DNA of 64,000 nucleotides from Monocercomonoides exilis PA203 (taxonomy: Eukaryota > Protista > Preaxostyla): the NCBI GenBank assembly GCA_001643675.2, contig LSRY02000007.1:1550001-1614000 (forward strand). Direction: 5' to 3'. The notes beneath the pieces were generated by a model. That model made no database searches and was not told the origin of the DNA. It was given only the letters and a program-made list of their open reading frames with translations. A program made the translations under genes and the position numbers. Positions within the stretch are counted from its first letter, which is position 1, and each line of letters opens with the position of its first letter. Shown piece after piece: positions 24,601-36,022 of this stretch.

Positions 24601-27600
24601 GTGTTTGCACTGAACTTCATTCCCACAAATGTGAAATCCAATTTTCCTCTTTCCTTTGTTGCCAAATAAACTCCTCCTCCTTTTCCATTGGTACAGCTGC
24701 ATTGACTGACTTCGGACTTAATCATCTTCATTGATCCAGATGCACCCAATGTGAAGAATATTGCACCTCCTTTTTCACTTGTTTCTGCTTTGCCTTCTGT
24801 GATGTTACTCGAATTCACAATCAAACAAATCTTTTTCTCACTCTTTGATTCCAAAATGCTTGCTCCATTATCATTTCTCTTCACTCCTGAAAATGATGAT
24901 TGGTCAATCTCAATATTTACGTATTCTTCACCTCCTTCATTAATCTTCAATCCTGGTTCAGGTTTCTTGATTGACAAAATACATCCTTTGCTTTCATTCA
25001 ACGATTTCACTCGAACATTCATCAAATGACAAGAAACTCCAATATCATTAAAAACAAAAACACTGTTTCCAACATTGCACGATTCAATCGACAAATCATT
25101 CACTTCCATTGTTCCTCTAATTGCATCCACAAATACACAATCAAATCCATTGTTCACTTCTGCCTCTGAATGGAATGAACATCCAGTAATTGTCAACTCA
25201 CCTTTTCTGTTTGAAATAATTGTTTTGGCTGAGTTGTCAAATCCAGTTGACAGTTTCAGTTGGATATTTGTCAATTCAAGATGAATATCATTTACCATGA
25301 AATATTCCGGTTGGCTTCCAATTGCCTTTTCAAAATTCAAAGTTGCTTTCACATTCTCTTCTCCCATCTTCACACTCTTTTTGATCAAATAATCGGAAAC
25401 ATTGAATGAATCTCGAATAATAGTTGATCCTTCAATCTGAATTGTTTTCTTTCCAATTTTCTTTTCCATGTTTTCCATCCCTTTCCACATTGTTTTGCAC
25501 GGCTCTTCCTCACTTCCACATCTTGCAACATCAAATCCACTCGATGAGATAAAAATCTCAAACGAGCTGTATGGAACGAGGAACATGAACAGATCTTTGT
25601 TTGAATGAAACTCATCACTTCCAACAAACAAATTACCATCTTTTATCATGGACAAGTAATTGAAGTGGAATGAATCATTTGTTACAGAACTGTTGAAATC
25701 CTTTCCCAAAATGAACATATTCTTTCCAATGGACGCTTTGTTGTTTGCAAGCGAAACGTCTTCCAAAAGAAAAGGATTTTCTTCCAAACAATTTTGACAG
25801 TTCAAATACAAGAATCCTCCTTTTCCATTGCCTGATGAAAGCGAACAAGATGATGCATTTGTCGATTTAACAACCAAAACTTCGTCATTTATTAATGTGA
25901 CTCTTGCAACACCTCCTTCTTCACTGCCCTTGTTCTCAATATTTGAAAAGTTGCTGCTTTCAAACAAAACAGAAGAAGATATCATCAATGGAGATTCACC
26001 ATATGAGGAACACTCAAAGATGCATCCTTCCATTGAACAATTCAACAGTTTCACTTTGTATTTTTCTTCACTTTCTCCTTCATTAACATTTGATGAGAAA
26101 AGTGAAAATGAAAACAACGAGTCAGACGATTTCACTTCTGAAATCGTGACAGAGTCCAGTTCAACCATCTTCCCTGTCGATTTGATCAAGGAAAATTCAA
26201 TTGTGTTTTCCTTCCCTCCAACCACACTCATCATGCAGTTCTTCATGTGCAACTCCCCATTTTGAGTGCTTGATTCGATCACTGCTGAGATTGCCCTCTC
26301 AAAATTCGATGGAACAACAATCCCGATGGACTCCATTTCTGTCAGTGATTCTGTCTTCAGAATGGATTCTTCGGACCCACACGCTTCTCTTTGGCATTCG
26401 ATTCTTATCATTTCCTCCTCTTTTGCTTTTATATGCACCCCTCCCACATCCAAACATCCAGTTACTGTCGATTTCGAACACACAACAATTTCTTCTTTTA
26501 TGTTCTGTGCTCTCTTCAGATGCCCTGCCCCATAGTCCACACTCTTGCATGGCACCTTTTCAATCCCACAATACAATACCTCCATCCCAGATGTTCCATC
26601 GATAAACACCTTGTCAGCTTTATATCCGTCCAGAAATATGAACAAGTCCACATCCCAATCTCCGAATGCATCTGTTCTGTCATGTCCAACAATCGAGTTG
26701 TCTTTCTGAGTGATGTTTCCCATGAAGGCGAACAAAGGCTCTTTCACAGAAGCGACAAGGGATTCGCACACAAAATACATATCTCTTCCGACACTCGCCT
26801 TGTTGCCTGAAAACACGATATTAGTGATGGAAAAGGAGGATTCAGATACTTCTGAATCATCCTTGAACTCGATCATGAGAGCACCGCCTCTTCCTCCAGA
26901 ACTTGTATCCTCGCTCACAGAGCAGCTGGAGAAATTTGTGTCACTCACTGAAAAGGAGTTGGCAGGGGTCAACGATGAGAATGAGATGCATCCGCCATCT
27001 GTGGCTGTCTGTTGGTTCAGCTGTGATGAGTTGATGTTGGTGATGGTGCAGTTGGCGAGGGAGAGGGAGAGGGAAGGGGAAGTGGCAGAGGAGAGGACAC
27101 AGCTGGTGGGGGTGGATGTGGAGGTGATGTCGGTGATGTTGGAGGAGTTGATGGTGAGGGGAGCGGTGAGGGAGGTGAGGTGGAAGATGCTTTGGCTGTT
27201 GAGGGCGAGACTGGTGATTGCTGTGTGGTTGAGGGCGAGGGAGCCAGCAGTGAGGAAGAAGAGGGGGGTCGTGATTGATGATGAAGATGAGGTTGTTCCG
27301 ATGACGGTGGTTGTGTTGAGGTTGAGGGAAGGGGAGTTTTCGGAGAGGTGGAAGAGGATGGGGGTGATAGTGTTTGTGGAGTTGTGGGAGATGGAGAGGG
27401 CAGAGACTGTGAGGAAGCCCTGGGTCTGTTGGAAGAGGGCAGAAGAGGCAAATGGATCTGGTGAAGAAGGGGTTGATGATGAAAATGATGAAAATGAAGA
27501 AAACGATGAAAACGATGATGTTGATTGTGATGACTGTGAATGTGAGTTTGATGGCTGGGGAATGCCACTGGAGGCGATGATGGTGGCAGTTGTGCCATTT

Positions 27601-29600
27601 CCAGTGATTTTTGTATTTGGGGCACGGAATGTGAGAGTCTTTGTGGGAGTGAAAGTGGAGAGGAGAAGAGAGAGGGAGGCATCGCTGAAGGGAGCAATGC
27701 ATCCGAGAGCATACTCCACGGTGGCGCATGAGCTTTGATGTGTTTTGCCGCAGGCATCGACATCACTTCCGCTGTTGCCAACGATTTTGTTCTGGTCGAT
27801 GATTGGAAGCCAGCTGTTGAAATTGGCGTTATCAGCTGTTTCACAATTCCAGACTCTTTTTGTTAAAGTTGTTGACCCGCAACACTCGAACGGAGATTGG
27901 GTGATGCTGTTTCCGCTGAAGAAAACATCATTTCCTCTTCCATTTGTTGCGGAGTTGCCATCGAAAAAGCAAAAAGTGATGAATTTTGTTCCACTCATCC
28001 AGGGAAATGTTACTTCAGTAAAAATTCCAGCCCCTCCACGTGTAGAAGACGTACCTGTCAATTTATTGTTTATGAGCTGGCAATCTTCAACCAAAAATTG
28101 TTTTGGTTTGTCGCTTGGAGGATATGCAAATGTTAAAGCTCCAACCGAATCACCACCAGAATTTGCGATGCACTTGCATTTTGTAAACAAGAACTTACCA
28201 CTTGAAGATAAGGTTCCAATTGCCAAATACCAACCGATCCCACACCAATTTGTTATTTTGCAGCTTTCAACTCTGTTTTCTGAAGATATCCAAACTGAAT
28301 TTGATAATGGAACACCAAGATAAACAGCTCCTCCATGCATTGCCTGGCATTTTGTAAAATTAGATTTTGTGATACTCATATAAAACAATTTTTGAACATA
28401 CAATGCTCCACCATATCCATTTGTTGAACAATTGTTGAATGAGCATAATTTGGTTGTAAGATTTGCATTATTGCAAACAACAGAAAGAGCACCTCCATCA
28501 TTTGACCCACCAGTTGTATTTTCCCATTCGCACCATTCAAAGATATAGCTATTCAAATCAGTAAAAGACAATCTACCAGGTTTCGCTCTTTGGGTTTCGG
28601 ATCCGTTATATTTTACAAGATCATTTGGTGAAGAGCGTGTTTGGTGGAGGAAAGATGTGTTTATTGCAGAAAGAGATGTGAATGGGCTGTTAAGGGAAGG
28701 TAGGATAGCTCCATCGATGGGGTTGTGGGTGTGGAGGAAGATGGTTGAATGGACGGAGAGGGAAAAATGAAGAGAAAAGGAGGGAATTATGTGGGTGTTT
28801 CTGTGCGTGTTCGTGTTCGTGTTCGTGTTTGTGTTTGTGGTGGTTGTTGTGGTGAATGAGTTGTGTGAGTGTGTGTGAATGGCAGGAATGATGTGTGTGG
28901 ATTGTGGTGCAGTGGTGATGTTGGTGAAGAATGTGTGTGAGAGATGGAGATGAATAAGGGAAGAAGAAGGAGTAATGGAAGAAGGAGAAAAAATGAAGGG
29001 TTGAATGAGGGAGATGAAAGAGGAGAAAGAAGAATGGGAGATGGAGAAGGAGGCGGGGATTGGGGAGTGAGTGGAAGAGAGGGAATTTGGAGGGATGGAG
29101 AAGAGGGGGAAGGAGAGGAATGCTGGTTGAGGGATTTGGAGAGAGAAGTTGGTGAGGGCGAGGGAGGCATGGGCAGAGAGGAAAAGTGGGTGGTGTTTGT
29201 GATTGTGGTGGGGGTGGATTTGACAGGTGGTTGAGCTGATGGTGGTGGAGCTGATGGTGGTGGATGAGTGGTGGTGAGAAGTGAGGAGTGTGCATCCACA
29301 GAGAGGCGCCATGGTGAGATGGCTCGCACACAACGAGCTGTTGATGATTTTGAGACTTGTTTGAACACAGCAGATGCAATTGTCAGCTGCGCTCCCAATC
29401 GTTTCCCTCTGAATAGTAAAATTGTTGTTATGCTCGACATTTTCACGTGCATTGCTCAACATGCTGTTCCGGATCTCCTCGCTCCTTTTTTGCAAAATTT
29501 GTTCATTGGCATTACCCTCAGCATTAAGGCATCTTACACAAAGCAACAGAAATGCAGCAATATTGAATGCAGCTTTTGCGCTGGTGGAGCGCCTCACCAT
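21612..29600 (-). CDS. Giant intronless Pmp-like type I membrane protein with cytoplasmic kinase-C-lobe-like (pseudokinase) domain, ~2660 aa
   Basis: 2668-aa ORF (first ATG at 29600). Signal-like AAFLLLCVRCLNA; many GGA(L/V/I) and FxxN motifs; four CG-x5/6-C modules; TM WALIVIVTLIVILLIVLIVSIIFIV followed by RWRK; C-terminal LRWKAPELL...VAFSIGMMLWECLTLHVPFGE...ERP. Confidence 0.92.
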   Translation of the reverse strand: MVRRSTSAKAAFNIAAFLLLCVRCLNAEGNANEQILQKRSEEIRNSMLSNARENVEHNNNFTIQRETIGSAADNCICCVQTSLKIINSSLCASHLTMAPLCGCTLLTSHHHSSTTISSTTISSTTCQIHPHHNHKHHPLFLSAHASLALTNFSLQIPQPAFLSFPLFSIPPNSLSSTHSPIPASFSISHSSFSSFISLIQPFIFSPSSITPSSSLIHLHLSHTFFTNITTAPQSTHIIPAIHTHSHNSFTTTTTTNTNTNTNTNTHRNTHIIPSFSLHFSLSVHSTIFLHTHNPIDGAILPSLNSPFTSLSAINTSFLHQTRSSPNDLVKYNGSETQRAKPGRLSFTDLNSYIFEWCEWENTTGGSNDGGALSVVCNNANLTTKLCSFNNCSTNGYGGALYVQKLFYMSITKSNFTKCQAMHGGAVYLGVPLSNSVWISSENRVESCKITNWCGIGWYLAIGTLSSSGKFLFTKCKCIANSGGDSVGALTFAYPPSDKPKQFLVEDCQLINNKLTGTSSTRGGAGIFTEVTFPWMSGTKFITFCFFDGNSATNGRGNDVFFSGNSITQSPFECCGSTTLTKRVWNCETADNANFNSWLPIIDQNKIVGNSGSDVDACGKTHQSSCATVEYALGCIAPFSDASLSLLLSTFTPTKTLTFRAPNTKITGNGTTATIIASSGIPQPSNSHSQSSQSTSSFSSFSSFSSFSSSTPSSPDPFASSALFQQTQGFLTVSALSISHNSTNTITPILFHLSENSPSLNLNTTTVIGTTSSSSSITTPLFFLTAGSLALNHTAITSLALNSQSIFHLTSLTAPLTINSSNITDITSTSTPTSCVLSSATSPSLSLSLANCTITNINSSQLNQQTATDGGCISFSSLTPANSFSVSDTNFSSCSVSEDTSSGGRGGALMIEFKDDSEVSESSFSITNIVFSGNKASVGRDMYFVCESLVASVKEPLFAFMGNITQKDNSIVGHDRTDAFGDWDVDLFIFLDGYKADKVFIDGTSGMEVLYCGIEKVPCKSVDYGAGHLKRAQNIKEEIVVCSKSTVTGCLDVGGVHIKAKEEEMIRIECQREACGSEESILKTESLTEMESIGIVVPSNFERAISAVIESSTQNGELHMKNCMMSVVGGKENTIEFSLIKSTGKMVELDSVTISEVKSSDSLFSFSLFSSNVNEGESEEKYKVKLLNCSMEGCIFECSSYGESPLMISSSVLFESSNFSNIENKGSEEGGVARVTLINDEVLVVKSTNASSCSLSSGNGKGGFLYLNCQNCLEENPFLLEDVSLANNKASIGKNMFILGKDFNSSVTNDSFHFNYLSMIKDGNLFVGSDEFHSNKDLFMFLVPYSSFEIFISSSGFDVARCGSEEEPCKTMWKGMENMEKKIGKKTIQIEGSTIIRDSFNVSDYLIKKSVKMGEENVKATLNFEKAIGSQPEYFMVNDIHLELTNIQLKLSTGFDNSAKTIISNRKGELTITGCSFHSEAEVNNGFDCVFVDAIRGTMEVNDLSIESCNVGNSVFVFNDIGVSCHLMNVRVKSLNESKGCILSIKKPEPGLKINEGGEEYVNIEIDQSSFSGVKRNDNGASILESKSEKKICLIVNSSNITEGKAETSEKGGAIFFTLGASGSMKMIKSEVSQCSCTNGKGGGVYLATKERGKLDFTFVGMKFSANTARVGNDIFIECFNITSQINEMQFRFDLRENHYSRINAIYGRDSCDYSSDTDLIDFVTIHQGDTIIVSSVNGSNERQCGASTLPCYSVDYGLMHLTSDFISQMFVVEKSTIDGEINLKEMSLSSKSRENCEAEVKSGMTRTREALMTTTGTVSLVRVNFVFDSNFISSHESLISPEGGILEIINCSFTSKQSNEEGNEAFASVPFYIINMEKGELQLDGCSISNLILHESALSLSSQLPSVIDSLTICNSSIKTSLIDINECGQLTIEDFKTDNISVEGNEESLISCLSMKKTMQLTNCTISGVNSNEAKGKLMKLENCTDVKMDSCIFDGNSKERNEEYLNTGEEMCRWDGSLVDVVKSSVLMKDITISNSPEGGITMSGGEMTVNDGRFENNNPSIEGYPSLRRNIICSDSGTLNVISLKGGDGWERNTSLWMLNEGCSFEGIVSERDSSFFIPVLESVEAKEETDRMKLTSKGMLLVPCNLSFAVVKRKGDEKEIEKHDFDSNVFLSEREVEGSVAKDLIRSCGNDIEVSVHVLFGNAESPSSTQPFILKNKSITPPKGDERIVENGKEGKSSWALIVIVTLIVILLIVLIVSIIFIVRWRKAKNENKDLREIVNDTVKKDPKLIEMVTMEMSPEAQWRRAEKEAEKKNEENIKKRINGKEMVHSESEEYLLAESGSTEYILGRESDKIPDWVLEKVEEEETRKRSPSPSISSTCSTDSDSTFVRGEDLCPTTSSMSNLVDAMACSSPHEKLIVDLRDSLFMLLHGRNEKKEMAIGTLTEREHTAAQVLFWVANGALHSFDEMENPLQSLSNLSPHIVLFSEHMVICIVMHSDFSSDDDSDSSSISSSTVVTSASDNDEDDDSLPSSAFEDEDDNFKKECLRWKAPELLMNKKREATKESVAFSIGMMLWECLTLHVPFGEYEAEIAGQKIVDGERPNIGVVECEWGREFVKKCVLGDLTERPTLTDVKRWLIGHFPEEAIIVTATDAIFTED

Positions 29601-30264
29601 GGATGTGGATGCAAACAAAAACTCAAAATGAAAAATTCCTGCGCCCTTTATTATATAATTGCCTTTTTTTCTATTTATCGAACATTTAAGATAACTGTAG
29701 CAAAATTGTGGAATAACAAATAGAAACTCATATCAGTGATTGTGATTGAACATGTTTTTCTCTACCTTCAAATTTTTCTTTTTTTAAATTTGGAAATGTT
29801 TTATTTTATTATAAACTATTTATTTTTCGAATTTAGCACTATCGTTTGAATTATTAAATCACAATGTGATATGAGAACAAACGATTTTTTGATTGGAATT
29901 CTTGATTGGATTTTGAAATTTATTTGTTGTTTCAAAAATTCTTTCAGAAAAAAATATATTTGTTCAGAACCTTTTCATCTTTTGTATCTCCTTAACTCTT
30001 TCATAATTATTAAAACATGAGATTGAAACTTGAAGAATAAGCCTTTGCGACAATGAAATTTTTGACGAATCGTGTCTGTCGAAAGGAAAAACATGTGTTG
30101 AGTGTTATATATATATGAATGTTCAATAAAATTACATATGTGAAAATTTTCATTTTTTGACGTTAACATAAATAATTATAGTTTTTGATCAATATATTTT
30201 TCCTGTTTGTTTTTAATAAATTGGATTTAAGTTATAAATATATTTCATGCATCAATAATCTAAA

Positions 30265-33200
30265 ATGACAAACACACACGGAGTAATACATAATAGATTC
30301 AAAATAGATACTAGTAGATATCTTGGAAAAGGAAGTTTTGGATGGATTTATCGGGCTTTTGACATGCAAAGAAATTTCAATGTTGCAGTTAAATTTGAAA
30401 AACGAAGATCATCTCATAGTTTGCTGGAATCTGAACTTCATCTTCTCGCCCATCTTCAAGGTGGTGTTGGATTTCCTTCTGTCTACTATTTTGGAGAGCA
30501 TGGAGATTATCATGTTTTGGTTATGGATTTGCTCGGAGCAAATCTTGACGTCTTATTTAATAGGCTTGAAAGGTTAGCTATATCTTTTGTATTTATTGAA
30601 AAAAACTTTAATTTTATTTTTTGGAAGATTGTTTTCACCACGAACAGTGTTTCTTTTGGGAATTCAAATGATTCTGCGACTACAATACCTTCACGAAAAA
30701 AATTTTATCCACAGAGATATCAAACCAGAAAATTTTGTTGTCGGAACAGGAATCAAGAGGAATATCGTTTATTTAATTGACTATGGATTATCAAAAAGAT
30801 ACTATGACCCCAAAACTTATTCTCATATCCCTTTTCGCACTGGAAAGGATTTAACAGGGACTCCTCGCTATGCTCCAATTAATGCACATCTTGGGGTTGA
30901 ACTGAGTAGAAAGGATGATTTAGAGTCACTATTTTATGTATTGATATATTTTGCACGGGGATCGCTTCCATGGCAAGGAGTGACAGCAAAAACTGCAGCG
31001 CAAAAGTATGCACAGATTGGCCATTATAAAATGAGTTGCCCAGTCGAATTGCTATGCCATAAGCTTCCTGTTGAATTGGCAACGTGCTTGAGTTATGTGC
31101 GAGGTCTGTCATTCACAGCCACGCCTGATTATTCGTATCTGTTGGATATGATGTACCGAGGACTTTCATACATCGACAGTGCGTCCTTTCCGTTGCCTGT
31201 GCCACATCTGAGGCTGAATGCCCTCTGGGAGCGTGCGCTGAACTTCGGAGAAGCCACTCAAGCTGCATTTGCGCCTGACGACGAAGAGGAAGAACTGAGA
31301 ACAGACAAAAACAGGAGGAGCCAAGAAGCAAAAGAGCAGACAGAAGAAGGCCACCAGAACATGGACAGATCGGCGCAGGTGAACAATCCAGAGGCGAATG
31401 AAAGAGGAGAGAAGAAAGGAGACTGGGCAGAGAAGGAGTGGAAGTACGACAAAGAGCAAACAGAGAAGAAGAAAGCGAACGAAGGCTCTGATCAGCCAAC
31501 GTCACCACTAGTGTTTGATGCGCTGATGGCTGAGTGGGATCGCCAGCACGGAGAAGACCAGCGGAAGGGGACAGACAGCAGACAGCGGTTGGGCGAAAGC
31601 ATTCCTCGAGGGATTGACAGATACAAGGAGAAGGAGAAGGAGAAGGAGAGGGAAAGGGAAAGAGAGAGGGAAAGAGAGAAGGAGAGGGAAAAGCACAGAG
31701 GAAGCGAGAGGAGGTGGGAGAGAGAGAAGTACCCCAGCGAAGACGAAGACTTTGAAAGCGAAGATGAGACAGAGAGTTCAGAAGCAGGAGAATGGCCAGG
31801 GGAAGAGATGGGAGAAGGAAGAGGAAGAGGAAGAGGAGGAAGAGGAGGAGGAGGAGGCGTTGATGCGAAGAGAGGAGAGAGGAAGAAAGCAACATTGCTG
31901 GGAGAGCACAGCATCGACAGCAGCAGAGACGTTGGATTCCCTGACAGCAATGCGAACACCGAAAGTGTCACAGGCAGCGGCATCTGCTTCATTGGGAGGA
32001 GAGAAGGACAGCGGAAGAAGCAGACAGGACACGGGAACAGTGGAAACATTGGGAACATGGGAAATCAGGGGAACCAGAGCAATCAAGGGAGCCAAGGGCA
32101 CGGGAAGAAAGCGAAGGGAGAAGGTGAGGCGAACCAAGGGGCAGGAGAAGGGAGCCTTTCGCTCGGGTTTCTGGACACAGCGAGCGACGGGTACGGACAG
32201 CGGGGCATGTCGTCGATGCTGGTGATGGGCGGCGAAAGCACACGCGGCGGAATCTTCCCCACAAACGGCGAGTCTCCTTCCTTTATCAACGGCGCCCCTG
32301 CTTCCAGCGCTGCCTCGTCGCTGCTGCCGTCTTCGCCCATGCTCGGCACAGACAGCGTCGGCAGCCGCGGAGAAGGAGGAAGGCTTTTCTCGTCGCAACG
32401 GATGAAGTCTGCTGCTAATGCTGTGCATCGTGCCACTTCTTCTCTTGTCCCTCCGCAGTTCAAGAGCCTCTTCGCCACCCCGTCTGCCTCTGCCTCCTCA
32501 TCCCCCTCTTCCTCTTCTGGCTCTGCTTTGCCTTCTTCTTCTGTTGCTGTCTCGTCAGCCTTGCCTGCCTCGTCTGCTTTGCTCACTCCCCTTGGAAGCC
32601 CAGCTGTCTCTCAGAAGAACACGCCATACTCCACGCGCCGTGCATCTTCTTCAATGCGGTGCCCGAAGAGAGAGGCAAAGGCACAGGAGCGACTACTGGA
32701 GAGAGAAAGAGAAGAGAAGGCAGGAGTCATTCTTGGTGTGAAGTCCCCCTGTTCTCCTATGCATGTGCGTGCGCTGTCTGCTTTTGGAGCACCAGAGGTG
32801 AGATTCGGCACAGCCATGTTTGACGACATCCACTCACCTCTTTCAGCTGTCTCGTCGCCTTCCTCTTCCCCTTCCTCTCCAATCGTCTCTGCTGGCACCG
32901 GAAGCGCCCCTCTCTCGAAATACGTTCTTGGCGCTCTTTCTTCTCATTTCAATACTTCATCATCATCATCATCTTCTTCTTCTTCTTCCTCTTCCTCTTC
33001 CTCCTCTTCCTTCTACAACCAAGGCCTAACTTCACCCCCACTCGATCGCCTCTCCCAGACTGCTCCTCCTTCTGCTGCCCAGTCGTCTATGGCTCCGCTC
33101 AATCTCTCATTCGCCCAGCCGCATTGCTCCATCCCTTACTCTTCTATCCCTCTCTCTTCTGCTCCTCACTCAATCTCCAAAAACGTGTCGGGTTTTTCTC

Positions 33201-35171
33201 CAGCTGTCTTCTCAATGGCGTCTTCCTCTCTCTCTTCGTCGCTGATTAATCCTCTCTTGCCTTCAAATAATCCTTCTTCATCTTCTTCCTCCTCTTCCTC
33301 TTCTTCTTCTTCCTCTTCCTCTTCAGCTTCAACTGCTTCTGCTTCAACTTCTCCTTCTGTCTCCCCCAAAATGCCCAGAAACAAACAAAACAGCCAAAAC
33401 ACATCAAAATCACAAGTTGTAAGTGGACTGCAGACATCTTCGCCTTCTTCACTGCATTCCTCTCCTCCAAGAATCTTTTCTCCTGTTCACACAAACATCC
33501 CTTCTTCTTCTTATCCCTCTTCTTCTTCCTTTTCCTCCTCTTCTCCTTCTTCAAATGTAACTTCTTCTTCTCAAATGATTTTATCATCATCTTCATCTTC
33601 TTCTTCTTCTGCCAATTCTCAACTGCCAAAATCCAAACAGCAACAAACAAAACAGACACCTTCACCAAAACCCAAACGCAATCCAAACAACTTGCCTTCT
33701 TTAACATCATCACCTTCTTCTTCATCATCCTCTTCATCCTCCTCATCCTCATCCTCTTCACCTTCATCATCATCATCTTCTTCTTCTTCCTCTTCCTCTT
33801 CTTCCTCAAATCAATATTCCAAAGAGAAAATCCCGCAACTTCCATTCAACGAGTTTTCCAAGCAGAAGCTGTGTGGTGTTGTGAATTCTTCTTCTTCTTC
33901 TGATTCTCTTCTTCTCTCTCCAAAACAGACATCTTCTCCGCCTTCTGAGAAATCTCTCATTGCAACTGCAACTTCTTCCTCCTCTTCCTCCTCTTCATCT
34001 CATCCTATTCATCCTCTTCTCTTTTCTGCCCCTTCTTCTCCCACTCAACCGCTCTCTCCTCGCGAATCGATTCCAAACAACAACTCAAAAATGTCATCAT
34101 CATCATCATCTTCTTCTTCTTCTTCTTCTCCCTTTTTTTCTTCTTCTTCCTCTTCTTCCACTCAACATTTCGATTCTCCCCTTTCCTTCACAGCACCTCT
34201 TTCACACATCAACATCAATCTTCCTCATTCTTCTCATCCTTCTTCTTCTTTCTCTCACACAGCACCTTCCATCAATTGCTTACCCACCTCACTCAACACT
34301 TCATCATCATCATCTTCTTCTTCTTCTTCCTCCTCTTCCTCCTCCTCTTCTCCATCATCATCATCTTCTTCTTCTTCCTCTTCATCTTCCTCTTCATCCT
34401 CTCCTTCCTCCTCCAATGATCTCTTCCTTCCTTCTCGTCCTCACTCATCGATGGCGGGCACACAGCGCAGAAACCATCAAAAACGCCCTCTTTCTCCCTC
34501 TCTTCAACACAACCCCTCACATGCTGTTGAAAGCAATAACTCATTTTCTTCCTCTCCTCTTTTGTTTTCTTCTTCTTCTTCTTCTTCTTCTTCTTCTGCC
34601 TCTTCTTCTTCCAATTCATCCAATTCTTCCAATTCCAATTCTTCTTCTACTTTAACCTCTTCTTCTTCTTCTCTTTCTCCTCTTGAAGCACCAAACTATA
34701 TCCACTCATCACAACCACCCAATATGCATCCATCTTCTTCCTCTTCCTCTTCTGCTTTCTCTCTTTTTGCTGCCCCTTCTTCTCGTCCTTCTTCTTCACT
34801 TGGGCAGCTGAGAAGCAGCAAAATCATCACACAAAACGAGAAAACACAGCAATCTGCTTCAAATGCTCCTAATTCATCATCATCATCATCTTCTTCTTCT
34901 TCTTCTTCTTCTTCCACAAATGTTGATTCACCATCATCTTCTTCTCCTTCCCCATTCATATCCCCTTCCCCCGTCACCCTCACAACCTCCTCCACTCTCT
35001 TCCACCCGCCAACACCTTCTTCTTTTGCTCCTCTGAACAGCACCTCTCCTTCTCTCACTTCTCTCTCCACACTCTCCACCCTCTCCCCTACTCCTTACTC
35101 TCGCCCTTCCACTTATGCATACCCTGGTGCATCCAGATCGTCTCGATTGGCTCTTCACCCTGCTTCTAATG

Positions 35172-35205
<34 letters not shown>

Positions 35206-35878
35206 CTCCTCTCCTTTCTCTCCTTCCTTATCCAACCGCTCTTCTCTGAACTTCCGCTCAAACATGCGCCGTTCTCTTGCCTCTTCTCATTTCTCTCTCG
35301 CTCAAACAGCTTCTGCTCCTTCCTCCCGCCCGACTTCTCCTGTCCACACCTCCATCGTCTCATTCAACCCGCCTTCTTCTTCTTCTTCTTCTTCTTCTTC
35401 CTCCTCCTCCTCCTCCTCTGCTTCTTCTGCAATTGAAGGGCATCTTCATCCACTCTCTCCAAGTATGCAAGGGAGAGAGACATTTGGAGGAGGATCATCG
35501 CCTTTGTTTATTGCTTCTTCTTCATCTTCTTCTTCTTCTTCTTCTTCTTCCAATCAACCTCACTCTCATTTTTCCTCTTCTGCTGCTCCTTCCCTCACAA
35601 CTCCAATTTCTTCTCTATCATCTTCCTCTTCTTCCTCTTCCTCTTCCTCTTCTTCCTCTTCCTCTTCCTCTTCTTCCTCTCCTTCTTCTTCTTCTTCTCG
35701 TCCCATCCACACCCGCTCTGTCTCTCTCTCCAATCCTCCTCATCTTCTCCACCGCCTCTTCAACACCCGCGTCGCACCTATCACATTTCAGTCAGATAGC
35801 AATGCGCCTTCTTCTTTCTCTCCTTTCTCTTCTTCTTTGGCCTTCCACAGCATTTCTGCTTCTTCTTCTTCTTCTTCT

Positions 35879-35910
<32 letters not shown>

Positions 35911-36022
35911 TTCTTCTGTTTTTGCTGCTCCTTCTTCTTCTCTTTCTTCTTCTCTTCCTCCTCCTCGCAGCAGCTCGCAGATGCGGCCTTCGTCGCCTTC
36001 TGCCACTTCCACGTCTTCATAA
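30265..36022 (+). CDS. CK1: Casein kinase 1 family kinase with ~1600-aa low-complexity Ser-rich tail (intron 30573-30627)
   Basis: LGKGSFGWIY, VAVKFE, LVMDLLGANL, IHRDIKPENF, LIDYGLSKRY, LTGTPRYAPINAHLG, SRKDDLES, LPWQG. A 55-nt GT-AG intron joins the two ORFs in frame. Confidence 0.95.
32950..35960 (+). repeat. Coding TCN (poly-Ser) microsatellite arrays
   Basis: Many (TCA)n(TCT)n(TCC)n runs within the CK1 tail. Confidence 0.9.

Noticed and set aside
22636-28323. Long + strand ORFs (428 aa, 342 aa) opposite the giant receptor
   Set aside because: Antisense shadows caused by codon bias.
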